Assembly (NCBI GenBank): GCA_014905635.1
Contig: JABVCE010000013.1
Span: forward strand, 310,001-374,000
Direction: 5' to 3'
From: Scenedesmus sp. PABB004
Taxonomy: Eukaryota
Length of the DNA: 64,000 bases
This document shows, piece after piece, positions 47,476 to 58,824 of this stretch; position 1 is the first letter of the stretch, and each line of letters opens with the position of its first letter. The notes under the pieces were generated by a model that was not told the origin of the DNA, made no database searches, and saw only the letters and a program-made list of their open reading frames with translations. Made by a program: the position numbers and the translations under genes.

Positions 47476-47530
47476 GCGCCGCGGGGCGGGCGCCGCCGCC
47501 TGCGCAGGCGGCGGCGCCCGCCCGCGGCGC
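47476..47530. repeat. Near-perfect 55-bp palindrome with a perfect 40-bp core (47484-47523)
   Basis: gggcgggcgccgccgcctgc|gcaggcggcggcgcccgccc, with the centre between 47503 and 47504. Confidence 0.9.
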
Positions 47531-47851
47531 AGCAGGCGCTTCCAATCCAAGCTGTGTCGAGCGTTGGTGCGCGCCACCGCCGCGAGGGCGGGGCGGGCAG
47601 AACGTGTCGTGTGGTTGGGTTGGCAAGCGTGTGTGCTTGCCAAGGCCGGCGCGTGCGTTGGCTGTCAGAGGGCCCTCCTCGCCTCTAGCGGCAGTCAAAG
47701 TCAGTCGTGAGCTGGCCTGGGTGCGCCCCGAGCCCTCCGTCCCCCCGCCCCCCGGCCCTCCAGGAATGGCCCGTGGGGGCCGCTGTTCACGAGCGCCGCG
47801 GCGCACCCTGCTAGGGTACAGGGGCCGCGGCACGCGCCGCGGGCGCCCTCC

Positions 47852-50455
47852 TCAGGCAGCCTTGACCTTCAGGCCGCCGCCGGCCGCCGACGGCGCGCCG
47901 AGCTCGATGACGAGCGCCTGCGCCGGCGGCGCCGGCGCCGCGAGCTGCCGCGCCGGCTCCTCCTCGCCGCCGTCCTCGGGCAGCGGGCGGTCGCCGACCC
48001 AGCGCGCCCACAGCGCGGCGCCGACGACGTTGTGCGCGGCGGCGAGCCCAAACGCGAGCGACCAGTTGCCGGTGTGCTGCAGCACGTAGCCGAGGCCGGG
48101 GACCGCGACGAGGCCCGCCAGCGTGCCCGCGGTGTTGCCGACGCCAAACACGACGCCCGCGTGGCGCGGCGCGATGTCGAGGTGGCTCGCCGACACGCCG
48201 CCTGCGCGCGCGGGCGCGGGCGGGCGCACGGCGCGGTCAGCGCCGGGCGCGCAAGGCGCAGCGCGCCACTCGCGGGTGGGGCCGCCGCGGGCTGCCGTCG
48301 GGCTGCCGCGGGCGCGCGCGCGCGCGGCACTCACTGCACGTGAGCGCAGACATGCCCATGCCCAGCGTGATGAGGCCGGTGGCCATGTAGGGCGAGTGCG
48401 CCGACAGGGGCGACGCCGCAGCAAAGAGGCACGCCGCGGGGCCCAGCATGCCCGCCACCTGTGGGAGGGGGGGGGGTGGGTGAGTGTGAGCGCCGCGCGC
48501 GGGCCGCCAAGCCCCGCCACGCCCGGCACGCGCTGGCCAGCCGCCGCCGCCGCTGGCGGCAGCGCCGGCGGCGCCCGCGCCCCGGCCCCGCCGCGCGCGC
48601 ACCTGCATCAGCACGCGCACGTCGCGCACCGCCCAGCGCCGCTTGGTCAGCAGGTTGTCGGCCAGCAGCCCCGCCGACGCGCCGACGGCGGCCTGCGGTG
48701 GGCGCGGGGCCGCGCGTTGGCGGCAGGCCGCGGTCCGCGCGCCGCGCGCCGCGCGCGACTGCGTGCCCAGCCGCACCCCGCCCCGCAGCGCCGCGCGCGC
48801 CCGCACCTGCAAGAGGTACGGCGCGAGCGTGAAGCCGCCGAGCTGGCTGAGCTGCAGGCCGCAGTGCTCCAGGAAGAAGGAGGGCAGCCAGGCGAGGAGG
48901 CCGTAGAAGCCCCAGCCAGCGGTGTACTGCGCGACCGCGATGGCCCACACCTCCTTGCGCCGCATCAGCGGCCAGAAGCCGACGTTGGGCGCGCCCCCTG
49001 CCGCCTGCTGCTGCGTCTGCTGCGTCTGCTGCTGCTGCGTCTGCTGCGTCTGCGCCGCCGCCGCGCCCTGGGCCACGAGGTGCTGCTGCTCCAGCGCGTC
49101 CAGCAGCGGGTGCGCGCCGCCGCGCCCGGCGGCGCCGCGCGCCGCGTCGCCCGTGCACAGCACCGCGCCGGCCGCCGCGAGCCCCGGCGCGCGCACGACG
49201 TTGTTGCTGCCGCCCGCCGCGGCGGCGGCTGCCGCCGTCGCCGCGCCGCCGCCTCCGCGCGCGGCAGCCGCGGCCGCCGCCGCGGCGGCCGCGACCGTCG
49301 CAGCGGCGCCCGCGGTCGCGCGCGCGCGCTCGCGGCCGAGGCTGAGCCAGGCGGGCAGCCAGAGCAGCGCCGCGCCACCGAAGAGGTAGTACGTCCAGCC
49401 CCAGCCGAGCGCGTCGATGATGGCGGGGCTGGCGCCAAAGCCGAGCGCGGTGCCGCAGTGCGCGAGGGCCATGATGATGCCGATCGCGCCGCTGCGCACC
49501 TTGCCCGGCACGTGCCGCGCGAGCAGCGCGTGCATCGCGGGGAACGCGACGCCCTGCGCCATGCCCAGCAGCGTGCGCGCGCCGAGCAGCGGCACCGTGC
49601 CCGCGCTCGCCGCGAGCGGCGTGAGCGCCGTCGCGAGCGACCAGACGCCGAGCCCGGCGGCGAGAACCGCGCCGCCGCCGTACTTGTCCGAGAGCGTGCC
49701 GCCGAGGACCTGGGTCAACCCATAGCCCGCGAAGAACGCGCTGAGCACGGCGCCGCAGAACTGCTTGTCCCAGCCGTACTGCTCCGCCATGGGCACGATC
49801 GCGGTGCTGATGTTGGTGCGGTCGAGGTAGCAGAGGAATGCGGCAAACGCGCACACGCCGACGACCTTCACCCAGTGGCTGCCCAGGTTGCGCGCCGCGC
49901 TCGCCGCGGGCAGCGGCGCCGCGACCTCCGTCGCGACGACGTCGATCGGCGCCGGCGCGGCGAGCACGGGCGACGGCGACGGCGACGGCGCCACCGCGGG
50001 CGCGCTGCCGGCGCTGCCGCCGGTCGTCGTCGCGAGCGAGGTGCTCGCCGCCGCGATCTCCGCGACCTCGTCGCCCGGCAGCGCGCCCGCGCCGCCGCCC
50101 GGCGCCGCGCCGCCCGGGGGCAGCAGGGGCTGCAGCAGCGACTGCAGCGAGTGGTCCGACGGGAGCTGCTGCTGCAGCACGCTGCTGCCCCACTCGCTCG
50201 TCGTCGTCGCCGGCGCCGCGGCGGCGCTGCTGCCGCCGCCCGCCGAGTCGTCCCGCGCCGGCACGCAGCGCGGGACGCCGGCGAAGGGCCGTCGGCCGCC
50301 CCCCAGAGCGCCACGGCGCAGGCGTGGGCCCGGGGATGCGCCGGGCTGCTGCTGCTCCCCCAGGGCCGCGCTCGCGCCCGCTCATCGCCACGTCGCAGCG
50401 CCAGCACGCCGGGCGCGGCGGCGCGGCCGGCCAGGGCCGCGCGCTGGAGCGCCAT
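47852..50455 (-). CDS. PHT4/ANTR (SLC17-like MFS) anion/phosphate transporter, probably plastid
   Basis: Motifs FLCYLDRTNISTAIVPMAEQYGW, SAFFAGYGLTQVLGG, LGMAQGVAFPAM, GFYGLLAWLPSFF and SHLDIAPRHAGVVFGVGNTAGT. The ATG at 50455 requires a 1-bp frameshift correction near 50327. Confidence 0.92.
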
Positions 50456-51416
50456 GGCCAGCCTGGGCAGGGATGCGCGCGAGTCAGACGCGGGCCTGCG
50501 CCGCGCGCCTGCGGCGGGCAGCGCCCCCGCCCGCCCGGCCGCCGCCGCACCTGGGCGCGACCATGCACCGGCGCTGCCCCGCAGGCTGTGCGCGGCCGAG
50601 GGCGCGGCAGCGCGCGGTGCTGACGCTGATGGGCACCAACTGCGCGCTCGCGCGCCGCCCTGCGCGCCCGGGCACCCGCGCCGGCGGCCTCGCTGCGCCT
50701 GGTCGCGACGGGGGCGCCGCCGCGCACGGGAGAGCGCGGTGTGTGGCTGGGCGTGCGGGGAGGGCGCGGAGTGCCTCGCGGTGTTCGGGCGTGCTGGAGG
50801 TGCGTTGTGGGCGGGACGGGCGCGGGAGCGTGCGGCCGGGCGCCGGGCTGCGCAGGATGAGCGCCGCGGATTAGACGCTCGGGGCCCAAGCCCCGGGCCT
50901 CCCACCAGCTCCGAGCGCCGTGCGGCCGCGGCCCGCCTGAATGCAGACCGCGTCGCGCTTGGCCGCGCTTCACACCGCGAGCTGGCAGCAGCAGCAGCTG
51001 CCAAGTTTGAGCGCCGCGCCCGCGGCGGCGGCCAGGTGGCGCCGCCGGGCGCCCCGGGGCGCGGCAGCGATCGTGCGCGGCGCGACCGAGCGGCGGCGGC
51101 AGCAGCGCGGCGGCGGCCGGGCCGCGCGCGCGCGGCGGGGGCGCGGCGCGAGCGCTCGCCGCGCCGCGCGGGCGGGCGGGCCAGGCGCAGCAGCACGGGG
51201 CGGCACCGCCCTGCTGCTGGGCTCCTGCGGGCCGGCACTGCTTGCAGCGCGTGCGGCCACGCTGCGCCGCGCCGCGGCCCGGCGCCCCGGGCTGCGGCGC
51301 GGCGGCAGCGAGCGCTGGGGGCAGCGCGCCCACCTCGGGGGCCGGTCACGGCGACCCCGCCCCAGCTGGCGGGGGACCAGGCCCTGCTGCTGGCTCGCCG
51401 GCAGCCTGGCCCGCGC

Positions 51417-51585
51417 GCCGTCAGCTGCGCCGCCCGAGGCCCGTGCGCTGCGGGTGGGGGCCCGGGGATGCGCCGGGCTGCTGCTGCCCCCCCAGGGCCG
51501 CGCTCGCGCCCTCTCCGATCGCCACGTCGCAGCGCCAGCACGCCGGGAGCGGCGGCGCGGCCGGCCGTGGCTGTGCGCTGCACGC
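51417..51585 (-). pseudogene. Degenerate duplicate of the PHT4 5' (transit-peptide) coding segment
   Basis: Homologous to about 50290-50450 (GRAAAPGVLALRRGD...ERARARPWG.SSSPAHPRA). It lacks the ATG and contains indels. Confidence 0.7.
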
Positions 51586-51906
51586 CGGGCGCTTCCGTGC
51601 GAGCAAATCAGTTTGCGGCCGCGCGGCGGCGGCCGGCCGCGCGGCGCGGCGGCGCAGCGCGTGCCGCTCGCCCGCTCTGAACGCGTTGTCAGCCAGCGGG
51701 CGGCCGCCGTGGCATCACGCGAGCTTGGCAACTGGAGGGGCAGCTGACTGCTGGCCGAGGCTGCTCCGCCCTTCTGCCCGCGCCCAGGCTCCGCCGCCCA
51801 CTCTCCCGCACCCCGGCAGTCCCCCCGCTGCCCCCCGGCCGCCCGCCAGCCCTCCCACCAGCCCGGAGCCACCTCGGCGCGCGCGGCCCGGGCGTTTGCG
51901 GGCGCC

Positions 51907-54869
51907 ATGGAGCCCGCCAAGCCCGTGGTGGCCTACTACTATGACGACGAGAGCGGGAACTACTGCTACACGGTGAACCACCCCTGGCGGCCGCACCGGA
52001 GCAAGCTGGTGCACAACATCGTGACCGGGTACAACCTGGAGAAGGAGATGATCGTCCACAGGCCCCGCGCGCGCACGTTTGAGGAGCTCACCGAGTTCCA
52101 CGCCGACGGTGCGCGGGCGCTCGGCGGCGCGGGGCGGCCGTGCGGGGCGCGCCGGCGCGGGGGGGCGGCCTCGATCATCGGCAGCAGCAGCTGCCCGGCC
52201 TGCTGCCGCGCCCCACGCCGCCCCCGGCGCGCGGCGCCGCGCCCCGGCGCAGACTACATCAACTTCATCAAGCAGGTCACGCCGGAGACGACGCAGGAGT
52301 ACATGACGCAGCTGAAGCGCTTCAACATGGGCTCGCCCGGCGAGTCCGACTGCCCCGTCTTTGACGGCATGTACGAGTACTTTGCGGTGCGTGGGCGGCA
52401 CCGGCGGCGGCGCCGCGGCAGGCCGCGCCGCGCCGGCGCACGCACCCGCCGGTCGGCGGCGCTCCACCGCCGCCGACGCCGCCGCCCGCCCGCGCGCCGC
52501 GCAGTCGCTGAGCGGCGGCTCGGTGGACGGCTCCGCCTACCTCGCGGAGGGCAAGGCGGACATCGCCTTCAACTGGTCGGGTGCGCGGCCGCGGCGCGTG
52601 CGCGGCGGCGCGGTCGGGGCGCGGTGGGGGCGCGGTGGCGGCGGCAGCGGCAGCCCCGCGGGCCGCGGCCGGCTGCGGCAGGCTGGGGGCGGCAGCGGCT
52701 GGCTGCGGCTGGCTGCGGCTGGCTGCGGCCGGCTGCGGCTGGCTGCGGCTGGCTGCGGGCGGCGCGCCGCCCGCAGCCAGCGGCCGCGGCGGGCGCGTGA
52801 GCGCGCGCGGCGCTGCCGCGCGCAGGCGGCATGCACCACGCCAAGAAGGCCGAGGCGAGCGGGTTCTGCTACATCAACGACATCGTGCTCGCCATCCTGG
52901 AGCTGCTCAAGACGTACAAGCGCGTGCTGTACGTCGACATCGACATCCACCACGGCGACGGCGTCGAGGAGGCGTTCTACCTCACCGACCGCGTCATGAC
53001 GGTGACGCGGCGGGGCGCAGAGGGCGGCCGGGCGGGCGGGGCGCGCGGCGCGGCAGGCCTGCGGCTGGGCGGCGCGCTGCGCGGCGGCAGGCTGGGAGGC
53101 AGGGGTAGCAGGGGCAGCAGGGGCAGCGGCAGAGGCAGCAGAGGCAGCGGCAGAGGCAGCGGCAGAGGCAGAGGCGGCAGAGGCAGAGGCAGCAGCAGCG
53201 GGGGCAGCAGCGGCGGGGGCGCGCCCGCGCCGCCGGCGCGCTGACCCGGCCGCCGGCGCGCCGACCCGGGCGCCCGCGTCAGGTGTCGTTCCACCGCTAC
53301 GGCGACTACTTCCCCGGCACGGGCGCGATCGAGGACGTCGGGTACGGCCCGGGCAAGGGCTTCTGCGTCAACGTGCCGCTCAAGGACGGCATGGACGACG
53401 AGAGCTACCGATACGTGTACGAGCCGATCATGAAAAAGGTGCGGCCGCGGCCGCGGCCGCGGCCGCGCGGCGCCGCGCTGCGCGGCGGCCGCGCGGCGGC
53501 CGCGCGCGGCAGGCACGGGAGCCGGCCGGCCGCGCGTGTGGGCGCGGGCGCGGGCGGGGCGCGCGGGCGCCGCCGCGGGCGCCCGGCACGCCGCCGCGGG
53601 CTGCTGACGCGCCCCCCGCGGCCGCCGCGCGGCGGGCGGGCGGGCGGCAGGTGATGGAGATGTACCAGCCCGAGGCGATCGTGGTCTGCAGCGGCGCCGA
53701 CAGCCTCAGCGGCGACAAGCTCGGCTGCTTCAACCTCAGCCTGCAGGGGCACAGCAACTGCGTGGAGTTCCTCGCCAAGTGAGCTGGCAGCCCCCAGGCG
53801 GCGCGGGCGGCGGGCGTTGGCGCGCGCCGAGCTGCGCGCCAGCGCGGCGCGTGGTGGTGGCGGTGAGGCGGCGCTCACGCGCCCCGCGCCGCGCGCGCCG
53901 CGGTCGCGGCGCGCAGGTACAAGGTCCCGCTGCTGGTCGTGGGCGGCGGCGGCTACACGCTGCGCAACGTCGCGCGCTGCTGGGCGTACGAGACGGGGCG
54001 GCTCATGGGGCATGACCTGCCCGACCAGCTGCCCGAGAGCGTGCTGAACAGCTTCAACTACTACATGGACAACCAGCGCCTGCGCATCGAGGCGCGGCGC
54101 GCGCGCGCAGCACGCGCAGCACGCGGCGCCGCACGGGCCCGCCTCGCACGCGGCGCCGCGGCCGGCGGCCAGCGGCCGGCCTCGGGCGCGCGCGCGGGGG
54201 CGCTTACGCGCGCGCTCGCCGCCCGCGCCGCCGCGGGGGCGCAGGTGTCCAACATGGAGAACAGCAACACGCTGGCGGAGCTGGAGAAGATCAAGAACAA
54301 GGTGCTGGAGCAGCTGCAGGCGCTGCCGCCCGTGCCGAGCGTGCCGCTCATGGTCGTGCCCGCCACGGCAAAGGTGCGGCAGGCGCGCGCGCCGCGTGCC
54401 CCCGGCGGCGCGCCGCGCCCCGGCGGCGGCGGTCGCGGCCGCGGCCGGGGCAGCTCGGAGCGGCGGCAGCGGCGGCGGCGCCCCGGGGACGGACGGGGAC
54501 GGGGCCTCACCGGCCGCGGGCGCCGCCGCCGCCGCCGCGGGCGCAGATCCCCGACCTGCCGGAGGAGGACCCCGACGTGCGCGGCGGCGGGCAGGACCAC
54601 GAGGACCGGCGCACCAACGGCGACGGCGAGGCGGCGGACGAGAGCGACGCGGCGCGCGAGCGGCGGCGAGGCGGCGTGGCGGTGGTGAAGCAGGAGGTCG
54701 CGGGCGAGGTCGCGCCGGCGCTGCCGGGCGGCGCCGCCGACGGCGCGGCGGCGGCGGCGGCGGCGGTGAAGCCCGAGCCGGCCGCGGCGGCGGCGGCGAG
54801 AACATCGCGCTGGAGGCGGACGAGGCGCTGGAGAACATGTCGCCGCCCCCGGGCGACGCGCCGGGCGCG

Positions 54870-54900
<31 letters not shown>

Positions 54901-55148
54901 GCGGCGACGCGGCAGCGGCGGCGGCGGCGCCCGCGGCAGAGCCGGCCGCCGAGCCGGCGCCGGCGGCGGCCGAGGCGCCGGCCGAGGCGGCGCCGGCGGC
55001 GCCGGCCCCCATGGACGCCGCGCCGGCGGTCGAGGACGCGCCCGCAGCGGCTGGCGCGGAGGCGGCGGCGGCGGCAGCTGGCGGCGAGGGCGCGCTGCCG
55101 CCGCCAGCGGCCGAGGCCGGTGGCCCCGCGCCCATGGAGCAGGATTGA
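51907..55148 (+). CDS. Class I (RPD3-type) histone deacetylase
   Basis: Motifs [76 protein letters not shown] and [14 protein letters not shown]. Acidic tail with a probable frameshift near 54790. Confidence 0.96.
52695..52757. repeat. Intronic 10-bp tandem repeat (gcggctggct)n
   Basis: Directly visible in an HDAC intron. Confidence 0.85.
53108..53197. repeat. Intronic purine-rich (ggcaga/ggcagc) repeat
   Basis: Directly visible in an HDAC intron. Confidence 0.8.
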
Positions 55149-55869
55149 GCCGGCGCGCGCATGCGGCTGGCGCGGGCGCGGCGCAGCAGGCCCGGCAGCG
55201 TCCCGGGCGCGCGCGGCGGGTGGCTGGCAGAGCCAGCCTGGCCGCCGGCGCGGGCGGGCGCTCGGCGGGGCTGGCGGCCGAGTTGGGCGCGGCTTTGCGG
55301 CTTCGCCGCCGCGGGGGCCGGGCCGCGTTGCAACGCGTCTTGCTGCGCGCGTCCGCCGCCGACTCGCCGCCGGCCGCGCCAGCGCTGCGCCCGCGCCGCG
55401 CGCGGCGGCGGCGCCGTCGCGCCTGGCCGGCCGGCAGGTGTGCCCTGTGCCGTGCTCAGCCCTGCGGTCGCCGCGTACTGCGGCCGCGCCGCGCCGCGCC
55501 ACGCGCGTGCGCCGCCGGCGAACCCTGCATCGCGCCCGCGCGCGGTGCACACCTCGCCCACATCGCCGCCCGCGCCACACTAGCCTCCGCACCGGCCGCG
55601 CGCCCTAGCCCAACGCACGCCCGCGGATTAGAGAGAGAGAGAGCAGGCGGCACCCGACCTCATAGGCCGCGCCCTCGCTCCGCCCGCGCGCGCGTCGCCC
55701 TGGCCGCCCGCGTGGTGCCTACGGCTGCTCCCCCGCCCGCGACTAGCTGCGCCGCTCAGGCCCCCGCGGCCGCCTGAGGCGCCAGCAGGGGGGGCAGCAT
55801 CGCTGGCGGCCGCGCCCCCGTGGCGGCGCCGCCGGGGCGGCGCGGCGGCGCGGGGCCGGGCCGGCGTGA

Positions 55870-57628
55870 ATGCCTCCCGGGGCTGAGCCGCTCCAGCCGG
55901 CGAGCGTCCTGCCAGGAGGTGCGGGGCGCGCGCGGGCCGCGGGCCGCCGCTGCGCGCGCCGCTCGCTCGCCGCCGCGGGCGCCCACGCCGCCCGCGCCGC
56001 CCTGCTGCGCAGTCATGATGGGCGCGGCGGGCTCGTGGCAGGGCTCGCCGACCGCGCTGTTTGCGCCCTACATGGATGCGTTTGGCAACATCCTCGCCAG
56101 CCCGGGCATGGCCGACGCCTACGGCCCGCCCGCCGCGCTCTTCGGCCCGCCCGGCGGCTCCTACCTCTACCACGCCTCCCCGCCGGGCGCCGGCGGCGGC
56201 GGCGGCGCGCCCGGGCCGGGCCTCGCGCCCGGCGGCGGCGGCGCGCCCAGCGCCGCCGGCCTCGGCGGCGGCGGCCCCGGCGACAACCTGCGCACGCTCT
56301 TTGTGAGCGGATTCCCGCCCGACGTGAAGGAGCGGGAGCTGCACAACCTGTTGCGCTTCATGCCGGGCTACGAGGCGAGCCAGATGAGCTGGAAGGCGGG
56401 CGGGCCGCAGGGCTTTGCGCTCTTTGCGACGCCGTCGCACGCGCGCGCGGTCGTCGAGGTGCTCGCCGGCCTGCCCTACGACGACGGCGCCGTGCTGCGC
56501 GCCGAGATGGCGCACAAAAACATGTTCATCAAGGCGCGGCGCGGCGGCGGCGGCGGCGCGCAGGGCGGCGGGCGCGCGGGGCGCGCCAGCCTGGCGCGGC
56601 GCGGCGCGGCGCGGGGGCGCTGACCGTGCGCGCCGCCGCGCCGCCGCGCCGCCGTAGCCGGAGGACCCCTCGGTCAAGCGCGTGAGCCGGGGCAGCCCCG
56701 GGCTGATGCCGCCGGCCGCGATCATCGCCGCGCCGCTCGGCCCGATGGCGGGCGGCAACGGCCTCGGCGGCGCGCCGCTCTCGCCCGCCGCGGCGCCCGC
56801 GTTCCTCGCCGCCGCGGCCGCCGCGGCCGCGGCCGCCGGCTCGCCCGGCATGGGCATGGGCATGGGCATGGCCGGCCTCGGCGGCCTCGGCGGCCTGGGG
56901 CACATCGCCCCCATGGGCGGCATGCTGAGCCCCGTGCCGCTGCGCCCCGCGAGCTTCAGCCCCGTGACCAACCTGCGGGACAACCCGCCCTGCAACACGC
57001 TCTTCATCGGAAACCTCGGCGACGCGACCAACGAGCAGGAGCTGCGCGCACTGCTCTCCAGCCAGCCCGGCTACAGGCGCGCGGCCCCCGGGCCGCCCGG
57101 CGCGCGCGCGGGGGCAGCCTGGCGCGCGCGCCCGTGCGCCCGCGCGCCGCGCGCTGACGTCGCCCCCGCCGCCGCCGCCGCGGCCGTGCGCGCGCCGGCG
57201 CGCCGCGCAGGCAGCTCAAGATGGTGCGCGGGCCCAAGGCGACGACCGCGTTTGTGGAGTTTGCCGACGTCACGAGCGCGATGGTCGTGCACAGCGCGCT
57301 GCAGGGCGCGGTGCTCGCGAGCAGCGACCGCGGCGGCATCCGCGTGCAGTACAGCAAAAACCCGTTTGGCCGGCGCGACATCGGCGGCTCGGCGGCGCAC
57401 GCGAGCCCGCTCGGCACGCCCGCCGACGACGGCAGCCTCGCGAGCTTGTCGGTCGGCAGCCCGTCGGCCGGCGGCGGCGGCAGCGGCGGCGGCGGCGGCG
57501 CGCCCGCGGCGATGCCCGGCGCCAGCCTGCTGGGCATGCAGCCGGGCCCCCACGCCGGCATGGCGGTCGGGCACGGCGGCTTCATCGGCCAGGCGGGGCT
57601 CGACGCCGTGCTCGGCGGCGACGCCTGA
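55870..57628 (+). CDS. Two-RRM RNA-binding protein (RBPMS/Scw1/Whi3-like)
   Basis: RRM1 is LRTLFVSGFPPDVKERELHNLLR...QGFALF...LRAEMAHKN. RRM2 is DNPPCNTLFIGNLG...TAFVEFADV...GGIRVQYSKNPFG. The first exon MPPGAEPLQPASVLPG splices in frame; alternative start at 56015. Confidence 0.9.
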
Positions 57629-58824
57629 GCGCCGCGCCGCGCCGCGCCGCGGCTGCGCCGGGGCCGGGGCCGGGGCCGGGGCCGGGCGGGAGGCGGGGGG
57701 AGCTGGGGGGAGGGGGATGGACTGCCGAGCGAGCTGGTGCGACCCCAGCCCAGCGCGGGGGCTGGTTTGGCCGCGCGTCTGCGGCCGCCGGGGGCGCGAC
57801 GTGCGCCGCCGGCCGGCCGCGCGCGCGCGCGCGCCTGCGTTATTGCTTGCGCGCCCGCGGCCACGCAGCGCGCCCTGCAGGGCATGAACCCCCCAGTGGC
57901 TTAGGCTGCGTGGTCCCAGCCTGTGGATGGATGGTGAGTGAACCATGACGGGCGCCGCGCGGCGGCGCCCGCGGCTGTGCACGCGTGCTGCATCGGCCGG
58001 TGCCTGCCTGCGCGCTGCGACGCGTGCGTGCCCGACGCTGCCCTGCCGCTGCTGAGCGGCCGGCCGGCTGGCCGGACGGCCGCCTGCCCCGCCTTCACTT
58101 GCCATGCCCCGCCGCCCCGAGGATTGGACCGCGCGACTGCCCATGGGCGGCGCTCGCGCGGCCGCCGGCGTGCTGTGCACTCACGCCGCCGCCGGCCGCG
58201 CGGCGCCGCCCCGGCTCCACAATGGGCACCCATCGCCGGGATTGTTGTCGGCGCGCCCACGGCGGCGCCGCCGCTAGTTGCACGCGCGCGCGGCGCGACC
58301 CGCCCGCGCGCGCGGCGCGAGGATCTGTCGGGGCTTTGTTTGTGGATAAAGCGCCGCCGCGCGCACTGCCTCTGCCTCTCACCTCGTCGCGGCGGCATGC
58401 GAACGCCGCGCAGCACGCCTGCCTATGCCCTGTCGCGCTTTGCTTTGCCTGCCTGCTTGCCTGCCTGCCTGCCTGCTTTGCCTCTCCTGTCTCTCTCTCT
58501 CTCTCTGTCTGACGGCGCACGGATCGGTCTGTGGCGGGGATGATGACGGCTGCTGTTGACCGGCAGCGGCGCATGTGCATGCGCGCGCGATGTCGCGCAA
58601 CGCACGCACCGCACCACCACCACCACGGCACCTGCAGCGCCCTCCCCTTCCCTTCTCTTGACGTGCGCCAGCCGGCCGCCTCGTGCTCGCTCCCTGCTTT
58701 GCAGCCCAACGCGCGGCCTGTACCGAGCAAGTCAGTTGCCGAGCGTGCGCGAGCGCCTTGCATTCCCTCCCGCGATTTTTTTCGCGCCGCCGCATGCGTC
58801 AGCGCGTTGCAACCGCTGCCGCCG

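Noticed and set aside
1..50455. Functional carbohydrate/plastid gene cluster (SWEET, amylase, PHT4, CLC)
   Set aside because: The genes are far apart, interspersed with unrelated housekeeping genes, and share no evident pathway logic.
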